Virus record (IMG/VR): IMGVR_UViG_3300044731_001455
Location: 1-29,020 of that record
Strand: one strand, 5' to 3'
Length of the DNA: 29,020 nt
From: a virus
Taxonomy: Duplodnaviria > Caudoviricetes
The position numbers and the translations under genes are program-made. Below are positions 17,425 to 24,543 of the stretch, one piece after another. The notes under the pieces are model-generated. The model was not told the origin of the DNA and searched no databases. It worked only from the letters and a program-made list of their open reading frames with translations. Numbering within the stretch: position 1 is the stretch's first letter; every line of letters starts with the position of its first letter.

Positions 17425-17672
17425 TGGAACCTGCCGAGATCAAACGAATGCCGGAAACTGTGTCGCGCTCCGTGTTCTGCGAGGCAACGGGGCTGCCGCC
17501 CCGAACGGTGGCGAGGATGCGAGCGAGGGGTGAAATCAGGGCAATCCGGATCGGATCCCGCCACCGTTACCTGCGCTCGGAGATTGCCCGACTGGTCGGG
17601 GTGGGCTATCAGGGCCCGGACGTTTCGCCGAGGACGCCGCCAGCGCCCGCACTCGTAAGGAGCAAGGTATGA
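17424..17672 (+). CDS. Excisionase/MerR-like HTH protein
   Basis: VSRSVFCEATGLPPRTVARMRARGEIRAIRIGSRHRYLRSEI. Confidence 0.7.
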   Translation: MEPAEIKRMPETVSRSVFCEATGLPPRTVARMRARGEIRAIRIGSRHRYLRSEIARLVGVGYQGPDVSPRTPPAPALVRSKV

Positions 17673-19798
17673 GTGACGACGAACAGGAATTGAGCTGCGA
17701 CACCGTGGCTCCCCGCGTGGCGGAATTGATCGACGAGTATCGACGGTGCAGCCCGGAGACGGAGGCGTGGAATCGGTCGTCGGACGCGGAGCGCGTTCGC
17801 TTCGCGCTCTGGGACAATCAATCGGCCGACGGCCGGAAACGATCCACGTCGACCGAGAAAGCCAAGCCCTGGGAGGGTGCCAGCGATTTGCGGGTCTTCC
17901 TCGCCGACGACATCGTCAACGAGGAGGTGGCGGTCTGCTGCATGGCCTTCTGGCGTTCACTGCTGCGCACCGAAGGCGTGCAAGCAGACGATGCCGGGTC
18001 CGCCGCGGTGCTCACCCGCCTGCTTCACTGGCTGGTGAAGAACAAGCTCAGCGTCGATCTGCTGCGCGAGGTGGAGCTGAGTGCCCAATACCACCGCACC
18101 TATGGCTGGACGGCCTTGCATGTTACCTGGGTGCGCGAGATCGGGCGGCGCATGGAAACGGTCAGCCTTGAGACGTTGGCGCGATTCTCGCCCGATTTGG
18201 CGCAGGCGATTGTGGATCCCCTACGCGAGGAGGAGGTGGTTGCGATGCTGTCCATGGCCTATGAGGCCTGGGGGAAGCAGATTGCCGAAAGCCTCGGGAT
18301 TCCATCTGTGCCGGCGCTTTCCTCAAAGCGCATCCGCCGAGCGATTCGCGATCTGCGAGCGGACGGTCGGGCGGAACTGCCCGTGCCGGTCATCGTCAAG
18401 AACCAGCCGTCGATCGAGGCGCAACGCCCGTGGAGTGACGTGTTCATCCCGGACGAGATTGGGGATGCGCAACGCGGCCGGGTGTACGTGAGGCAGTGGT
18501 TTCGCGACGAGGAACTGAAGGCCAAGGTGGCCACCGATGGGTGGAACGAGGAGTGGGTCGAGGAGGCCATCAAAACCAAAGGCATGCAAACTGTCTGGGC
18601 CTCGGATCTGGTCACGCAACACTTCCAGGTCATCGAGAACAAAAATGATCCTTGGATCGAGGTAGTCACCGCCTACACGCGCCGCGTCGACGAGGATGGG
18701 GTGCCTGGGACCTACGTCACCGTGTTCTCGCCTCACCTGACGAAAGGTGATGATGGCCAAACTGAGTTGTGCGCCTCCCATGGCCAGCTCGATTTTGCGC
18801 ACGGCAAAATCCCCATCGTGGTCGGTGTGCGCGAGTGGGTGTGTCGCTCGATCGCGGCATCGCGCGGGGTGCCCGAGCAGGCGGCGCCGTCGCAGCGGTT
18901 GGAGAAGGTCATGGCGGACGCGCTGATCGACCGCACGAGCCTCACCACGCTCCCCCCGAGGATTGTGCCGTCCCGGCTCATGGACGAGGACCAGGAATTC
19001 GGACCCGGGGCAACCATCCCCATCATGCGCGGCGAGGAACCGCGATTCATGGACACGCCCGCCCGGGATGGCGTGGCCGAGGAAATCCTCCGACTCACGC
19101 AGTCGCGCACGGACCAGTCGTTCGCCCGACTTTCGAACGAGGTGCCGCCGGCTCGGGTGCAGGTGCGCCAGCAGCACATGGTGAACGGATTTTTGGGAAT
19201 GTGGACGGAGGCATTCCGGCAGGCTGTGGCGCTCCTGCTTCAGTACCAGACGCCGGCAGAGTTCCAGCGCATCACGGGCTTTCCCAAGCCGCAGTGGTCC
19301 GCTGAGGAGATCGCCGGGCTGTACGACATCATCCTCACCATGGACGTGCGCGAGCTGGACAGTGAGTTTGCCGTCAAACAGCTCGAGGCGGTCAGCAAGT
19401 ACGTCCTCCCAGAAGATTCCGCCGGGGTGGTGGACCGCTCGAAGCTGGTGCGTGCCAAGCTCCAGGCGATCAACCCGCTTCTGGCCCGGGATCTTGTCTC
19501 CGACCAGGCGGGCGCTCAGCAAAAGCTCTTTCGAGACGTGTCGGCGGAGATTGCCAGCATGTTTCTCGGGAACCCGCCGCAGCTCGTGGAGAACGATCCA
19601 ACAGCGCCCATCCAACTCCAGTTTGCGGCGCAGATTCTCCAGAACAATCCCAACTACCAGGCCGCGCTCGGGCAGCAAGGGCGATTCACCGAACTCATGC
19701 AGACGTGGGCCAAGAATCGCATGCAGAGCAAGGTGCAGCAGGAGAACAAGGTCGTGGGCCGCCTGGGAGTTCAACCTGTCCAATCCGCTCCGCAATGA
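17669..19798 (+). CDS. Portal protein (P22-like size)
   Basis: 709 aa between terminase and scaffold; KPWEGASDLRV and SRGVPE motifs; Q-rich C-terminal helix. Confidence 0.8.
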   Translation: MSDDEQELSCDTVAPRVAELIDEYRRCSPETEAWNRSSDAERVRFALWDNQSADGRKRSTSTEKAKPWEGASDLRVFLADDIVNEEVAVCCMAFWRSLLRTEGVQADDAGSAAVLTRLLHWLVKNKLSVDLLREVELSAQYHRTYGWTALHVTWVREIGRRMETVSLETLARFSPDLAQAIVDPLREEEVVAMLSMAYEAWGKQIAESLGIPSVPALSSKRIRRAIRDLRADGRAELPVPVIVKNQPSIEAQRPWSDVFIPDEIGDAQRGRVYVRQWFRDEELKAKVATDGWNEEWVEEAIKTKGMQTVWASDLVTQHFQVIENKNDPWIEVVTAYTRRVDEDGVPGTYVTVFSPHLTKGDDGQTELCASHGQLDFAHGKIPIVVGVREWVCRSIAASRGVPEQAAPSQRLEKVMADALIDRTSLTTLPPRIVPSRLMDEDQEFGPGATIPIMRGEEPRFMDTPARDGVAEEILRLTQSRTDQSFARLSNEVPPARVQVRQQHMVNGFLGMWTEAFRQAVALLLQYQTPAEFQRITGFPKPQWSAEEIAGLYDIILTMDVRELDSEFAVKQLEAVSKYVLPEDSAGVVDRSKLVRAKLQAINPLLARDLVSDQAGAQQKLFRDVSAEIASMFLGNPPQLVENDPTAPIQLQFAAQILQNNPNYQAALGQQGRFTELMQTWAKNRMQSKVQQENKVVGRLGVQPVQSAPQ

Positions 19799-20106
19799 AC
19801 CCGGAACTTCGCAAATCGTTGGAGGTGCTCCAAGGCACTCCCGCCGGTGCCGCCCTGCGCGCTCTGGTCTGGGAACATCGCAGGAACCACATCGGTCAAC
19901 TCCTGGCCGGGCCGGAGAAGACGACGGATCGGCAACGCGAGTACTCGGCGGGTGCCGTCGCCGGGCTGGAGGACCTCTATGCCGACCTCCGCGAAATCTT
20001 GAAATGGGGGTCCGAGGCCAGTTCGCGAAATCCTGATCGCGACATTGTAGGGCCACAAGGGCCACAAGGGCCACAAGGGCCACCGTGGAACGGCGGAGGC
20101 TTGTGA
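19795..20106 (+). CDS. Small head-region protein
   Basis: ATGA overlap with portal; REYSAGAVAGLEDL helix typical of the small gene after a portal. Confidence 0.6.
   Translation: MNPELRKSLEVLQGTPAGAALRALVWEHRRNHIGQLLAGPEKTTDRQREYSAGAVAGLEDLYADLREILKWGSEASSRNPDRDIVGPQGPQGPQGPPWNGGGL
20050..20083 (+). repeat. 9-bp tandem repeat GGGCCACAA x3.8
   Basis: Perfect nucleotide repeat, encoding GPQGPQGPQGP. Confidence 0.85.
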
Positions 20107-20230
20107 GCTGACCGGCTCCCTCATTCATGATCCCGCGTGAATGAGGTGCTGGTCTGGCGGCCGGCCTCGGCGAACGGGAGGGCCCGATGAGTAGTCGGTG
20201 CCCTCCTCGACGCCAATCCGCCTGGCTCAC

Positions 20231-21289
20231 ATGGATAAGGCAATTGCTGGTAACGCGGGAACCAGCGCGGCGAACCCCGCGGATGGGACAGACAATGGCT
20301 CGATGGATTCCGGGGATCCGTTCGAGAGCTTGTCATTGTCCGGCACCAACGCTCCGGAAGCAGGAAACACCAGTGACGCGGGCGAGCTGCCCGAGGACGC
20401 CACTGGCAACAATGAATCACCCGCGACCGACGCAGGCGATCAAGGTTCGAATCCGGCCGAAGACGACGAAGGCCGGCCAAAACGGGACAGGTTCCAGGAG
20501 CGCATCGACAAACTCACCGCGGCGCGTAAGACCGCCGAGGAGGAGCTGGATAAGTCGAAGACGGAGCTGACGCAGCTTCGTAAGAAGTTGGAGGAGTACG
20601 AAGCGGGCGCAACGCCTGCCACGGCTGCTCAACCCTTCGACATGGTCGAGAGCGACGAGACGATGGTTCCCCTTCGTGAGGCGGTGAACAAGACCAAGGC
20701 GGAGGTGGACTCGGCTCGTGGTCTTCGAAAGCGCCTCAAGCAGGAGCCCGACGCGGTGTTGGAGCTTCTGCAATCCAAGGGGGTCAAGGTCGAGACGGCC
20801 GAGGATGCCGACGAGTGGCTGGACGATTACGTCACCACCCAACGGGAACGCCTCGGCCAAAAGCAGGCCGAAATGGCGGTGCATCGCTCCAAGCTGGAAG
20901 CGGTGGCAACGCAGCAGCGGGGAGCCTGGGACGCGGTGGCGCGCGAGGAATTCCCGTGGGTGGCAACGACTGAGGAGGATGATCCGCGACTGGGGATGCT
21001 CAAGAACGCCGAGAAGGCGCATCCGTGGATCGCGAAGATTCCCCAAGGTCGTGCGGCCCTGGCTGCTCTGGTGGACATCGTGTTCCGCCGGCAGAAGGCG
21101 GCCAACGGCAAGCCAGGCCCGAAACCCGGGGTGCGACCCTCCGCCGGCAACGGTGGTGGGGGTCCGGCAGCTCGACCGGCAACCAACGGAACCGGCAAGG
21201 ATCAACGCGCGGCCGCTGCGGCGAAGCGGCTGGATTCGAACCCTGATGACGATGCGGCGATGGCGGATTTCCTCGACGGCGCCCTGTAG
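20231..21289 (+). CDS. Capsid scaffolding protein
   Basis: Acidic disordered N-terminus, FQERIDKLTAARKTAEE coiled coil, directly upstream of the capsid gene. Start could be 20198 (GTG). Confidence 0.75.
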   Translation: MDKAIAGNAGTSAANPADGTDNGSMDSGDPFESLSLSGTNAPEAGNTSDAGELPEDATGNNESPATDAGDQGSNPAEDDEGRPKRDRFQERIDKLTAARKTAEEELDKSKTELTQLRKKLEEYEAGATPATAAQPFDMVESDETMVPLREAVNKTKAEVDSARGLRKRLKQEPDAVLELLQSKGVKVETAEDADEWLDDYVTTQRERLGQKQAEMAVHRSKLEAVATQQRGAWDAVAREEFPWVATTEEDDPRLGMLKNAEKAHPWIAKIPQGRAALAALVDIVFRRQKAANGKPGPKPGVRPSAGNGGGGPAARPATNGTGKDQRAAAAAKRLDSNPDDDAAMADFLDGAL

Positions 21290-21316
21290 GGCTCCGGGGG
21301 AGACAGGAGAAACTCT

Positions 21317-22333
21317 ATGGCTGGTGGATTGATGGTGGATCAGGTGCTCGGGGCCCAGCGGTCGATTCTCGACCGCGTGGTCATCCGAAACGGCAAGAAG
21401 TGCCCGATCACGGCAATGATCGGGAAGGGGCCCACGGTCGACAACATGATGTACGAGTGGCCCGTGGACGTGTACTCGGACGCCAAGGACAACGCGGTGC
21501 CCGAGGGCAAAGACGTGGAGGCCTTCGACAATCAGGCGAAGGACTACGCGGTCGTCGCCAACCGGGTGCAGTGGCTTCGCCGCTCGTGGATGGTCGGCAA
21601 GCTGGCGCAGGAAGTTCAGAACCAGGCCGGCGTGCCCAACAAGCGCGCCTACCAGGTCAAGAAGGCGCTGGATCACCTCATGTTTGACATCGAGGCGACC
21701 ATTTCGAGCGACAACGACGTCCAGGCGGGATCGGGCGCCAACCCGGACAAATGCCGCGGCATCGGCCGATGGTTGAGTGCTACGATCGCCACGGCTGGCT
21801 ATGCGGTGGACGCGAAGTATCTGCCGGCGGCGGCTCAAATCTTCTCGGCCGCGTTGTCTGGGCTCAACGATGACGCGCTCAACACGCTGATGCGCGAAAC
21901 GTGGCTGCGCGGTGGGACGCCCACCGATGACACGTTCAAGCTCGTCTGCGGCGCCACCCTGCGCGCGACGATCTCCGGCCTCACCAACATCGCCCGGTCG
22001 ACCAACTACTACGCCCCCGTCCGCACCTACAGTGCGGATCTCAAGGGCAAAGTGCTGTATGCGACCGTGGATTCCTTCCAGGGCGATTTCGGCAACATCG
22101 AGCTGATTCCGACCCACTGGAATGCCCACCCGAACGTCGGCGGATCGGCGGCGGCCAATCTGCGCCGCGGCTACGGGTTGAACCCGGACAAGTGGGACAT
22201 CGTGTGGAAGCAGATGCCCAAGAATCAGGACCTTCCCGACCTGGGCGGCGGTCCGCGCGGCGCGATCGACGCGATCATCGGCCTCCGGGCCAAGGATCCC
22301 GCCGGCAACTTCGCCATCACGTCCACGAGCTAA
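21317..22333 (+). CDS. Major capsid protein (DUF5309/SU10-like HK97 fold)
   Basis: YEWPVD...PEGKD...DIEATI...RGIGRW...SDFG-like QGDFGNIELIP; strong AGGAGA RBS. Confidence 0.85.
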   Translation: MAGGLMVDQVLGAQRSILDRVVIRNGKKCPITAMIGKGPTVDNMMYEWPVDVYSDAKDNAVPEGKDVEAFDNQAKDYAVVANRVQWLRRSWMVGKLAQEVQNQAGVPNKRAYQVKKALDHLMFDIEATISSDNDVQAGSGANPDKCRGIGRWLSATIATAGYAVDAKYLPAAAQIFSAALSGLNDDALNTLMRETWLRGGTPTDDTFKLVCGATLRATISGLTNIARSTNYYAPVRTYSADLKGKVLYATVDSFQGDFGNIELIPTHWNAHPNVGGSAAANLRRGYGLNPDKWDIVWKQMPKNQDLPDLGGGPRGAIDAIIGLRAKDPAGNFAITSTS

Positions 22334-22370
22334 CCTCTGGCGCACCCGCAACCATACCAAGATCACCGAT

Positions 22371-22829
22371 ATGCAAGTCATCCCTCTCGTTGGACCGGAG
22401 ACGTCGCGTGGCGCAACCCACGTGGTCAAAATCGTTCACACGGACCTCACCGACACGGCGGCCCTTACCAAAACGCTGCCGATTCTGCCGGGGCTCACGG
22501 GCACTCTGCCGGTGGGCACCATGGTCCGCTGCATCGGTCACCGCGTTGTGACCGCCTTCGTCGGACCTTCTGTCTCTGCGCTGACCTTGCAGGTTGGCGA
22601 TGGCTCGGACCCCGATCGTTACGCCACTGCGGCGCTGGATTCGATGCTCGCCACCGGCTACACCGCCGTGCCGGCAAGCGTCACGACTCAGCCGTTTGCC
22701 TACGACACGGCTGACGCGGTGGACGCCCTGTTCACCGCAGTGGGTGCCAACCTTTCCGTCCTGACGGCTGGCGAGGTGCACGTGTTCCTTCAGGCTGTTC
22801 CGCTTAGCGAATTCAACGAGGTGCCGTAA
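22371..22829 (+). CDS. Putative capsid decoration/cement protein
   Basis: Beta-rich (LQVGDGSDPDRY...LTAGEVHVFL), directly after the capsid gene. Confidence 0.55.
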   Translation: MQVIPLVGPETSRGATHVVKIVHTDLTDTAALTKTLPILPGLTGTLPVGTMVRCIGHRVVTAFVGPSVSALTLQVGDGSDPDRYATAALDSMLATGYTAVPASVTTQPFAYDTADAVDALFTAVGANLSVLTAGEVHVFLQAVPLSEFNEVP

Positions 22830-22843
22830 GGCGCCCCAATGAA

Positions 22844-22884
22844 CCGGGGCCCGCGTTTGCGGGGCAGGTGAGCGCGGGTCCCGG
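22844..22884 (+). terminator. GC-rich hairpin after the capsid genes (terminator/attenuator candidate)
   Basis: CCGGGGCCCGCGTT pairs with AGCGCGGGTCCCGG (14 bp with 2 G-U), followed by a pyrimidine tract but no true U-run. Confidence 0.45.
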
Positions 22885-22895
22885 GCTCCTCTCTT

Positions 22896-23279
22896 ATGAT
22901 CGGTGCGAACTTCCAAGTCCTCCTTGATTCGATTCCTCCCGATCTCATGCGGGACGTGGCGGAATTGTACCGTCAGGAGGCAGCCGCCGATGCGCTCCAG
23001 TGCGAAATGGAACGTGCCGAGCTTGGGCGGCTCAACGAAGCGTCGCCCTCCGGGCTGGTGACGGGTGTCGGCCAAGTCGTGCGCCGGGTGCACGCCACGG
23101 ATTACTGGGCGCAACAAGTCATTCACCGGGCCCCGAATGATCCGGATCTCTGGAAGTGGTTCCTCAAGACGCCCGAGGGCGCTTACGCGCGGGTGCGGTC
23201 GGATGGGCCCGCCAGAATCGTGGTGCCTGACTGGAAAGGTGGCCTCTGGTCCTCGGTCGCCGCGGGATTGGCCGCATAA
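22896..23279 (+). CDS. Virion-region hypothetical protein
   Basis: ATG start, in-operon; DPDLWKWFLKTPE motif. Confidence 0.65.
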   Translation: MIGANFQVLLDSIPPDLMRDVAELYRQEAAADALQCEMERAELGRLNEASPSGLVTGVGQVVRRVHATDYWAQQVIHRAPNDPDLWKWFLKTPEGAYARVRSDGPARIVVPDWKGGLWSSVAAGLAA

Positions 23280-23284
23280 TCGCC

Positions 23285-23584
23285 ATGGCATCCCAAGCCT
23301 ACTTCGTCGACGACGGCAAAGGGGACTTCTACCAGTGCGTGGCTGGTGCGTCTGCTGGACAAAGCCCAGCGACTCATCCGGCCAAGTGGGTGAAGTTGGG
23401 GATCCCGGAGCAGTTCACGCCCTTCCTTGTCCATCGGGCGCTGGCGCTTGTTCTGACCGGCGAGGGGCAAGCCGACAAGGCGTTGGTGGCCGATGGCATT
23501 TCGACCAAGCGCCTTGAGGTGTTGGCCTTCGGCGATCGTATCGAGCGCGGCGGCCTCAACCGTCCCAACGTGTTCACCCGCTGA
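23285..23584 (+). CDS. Putative C-terminal half of the head-tail adaptor (starts mid CBM-like repeat)
   Basis: SQAYF...GDFYQC...GQSPATHPAKW (second part of a CBM5/12-like repeat), then IPEQFTPFLVHRALA...GQADKA adaptor-type helices. Confidence 0.6.
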   Translation: MASQAYFVDDGKGDFYQCVAGASAGQSPATHPAKWVKLGIPEQFTPFLVHRALALVLTGEGQADKALVADGISTKRLEVLAFGDRIERGGLNRPNVFTR

Positions 23585-24543
23585 TGCGCACCATTCCTTT
23601 CAGCGTCCTGGCTGGTAAGATCGCCAACCAACTGGGTTGGAAGCCGGCGGAGCTGAATGAGAAGCAGTTCGTGGCCCTTCGCGATGCGGTGAGCCAAGCT
23701 CTGGCGGAAATCTGGGAAACCACCTGGTGGCGCGACCTCAAGCGCGTCCAGCGGCGGCAATTCCGCCCAGACTACGACGCGGTCGTGGAGTATGGCGCCG
23801 GGGACGAAGTCTATTATCCCGTTGCCGACGCCTACTTCGTGGCCATTCGGGCCACCACCGGCAACGCTCCGACCACGACGGCCGGGGCGGTCAATGCCGC
23901 GTACTGGGCCGAAGCGAAGACTGCCAACGCGGCCACGGCGTACTCCGCGACAACGACGTATGCAGTCGGCAATCAGGTTGCGTATGCCGGCACCGTGTAT
24001 CAATGCCACACGGCGTCCACCGGCAACCTGCCTACTTCAACGAGCTTCTGGGGGCCGGTCCCCGACTTTCTGCCCAATGTCGAGTGGTCCCAATCCGGGG
24101 AGGAACCTATTGGGAGGGTTCGGCGCATTTGGACCGATGATCCGCGCACGAATCGCAATGCGCTTCGACTCGAGTTCGAGTCCACCGAGGAAGGCATCCA
24201 GTTGTTCGATTTGGCCGTGACCCGGCCGTGGGTGGAATACCGGCCTCGGCACCATGTTCTCAGCGGCGAGACCTGGGACCCCTCGTTGAGCTACGCAGCG
24301 GAGACTGGCGACCTGTCCACGGTGTTCGTCCCAATGGTAAGCACCGGGAGCTATCCGTCGTTCGCTACGGTTGGAGCCGCTCGGGCCTCGATCATTACGG
24401 CGGAGCGCGTGGACATTCTTTCGGACGCAAACGGATCTTTTGGAACATTCTTGGCGGACCCGTCCTATGTCGACGATGGGTTTAATTCGACGGGATTTGT
24501 TGATTTTACGGGCAAGGCGTACCGCCGGGCCCAGCGCGTATGA
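23584..24543 (+). CDS. Putative N-terminal half of the head-tail adaptor with two CBM5/12-like repeats and a C-terminal tailspike-N-like extension
   Basis: Adaptor-type N helices (...ALAEIWETTWWRDL), repeats YGAGDEVYY..AYW and YAVGNQVAYAGTVYQC..FW, truncated third repeat WDPSLSYAA. Confidence 0.65.
   Translation: MRTIPFSVLAGKIANQLGWKPAELNEKQFVALRDAVSQALAEIWETTWWRDLKRVQRRQFRPDYDAVVEYGAGDEVYYPVADAYFVAIRATTGNAPTTTAGAVNAAYWAEAKTANAATAYSATTTYAVGNQVAYAGTVYQCHTASTGNLPTSTSFWGPVPDFLPNVEWSQSGEEPIGRVRRIWTDDPRTNRNALRLEFESTEEGIQLFDLAVTRPWVEYRPRHHVLSGETWDPSLSYAAETGDLSTVFVPMVSTGSYPSFATVGAARASIITAERVDILSDANGSFGTFLADPSYVDDGFNSTGFVDFTGKAYRRAQRV

Noticed and set aside
20050-20083. Collagen-like structural domain (GPQ repeats)
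   Set aside because: Only about four triplets, from a perfect DNA repeat; too short for a triple helix.
20155-20260. HDV-like or hammerhead ribozyme (TCCTCG, GATGAG substrings)
   Set aside because: I could not build the required P3/P1.1 pairings or the CUGAUGA/GAAA core.
13366-22429. Long minus-strand ORFs (13366-15081, 15841-17376, 18323-20230, 20417-22429)
   Set aside because: Antisense shadows of DnaB, terminase, portal, scaffold and capsid genes.
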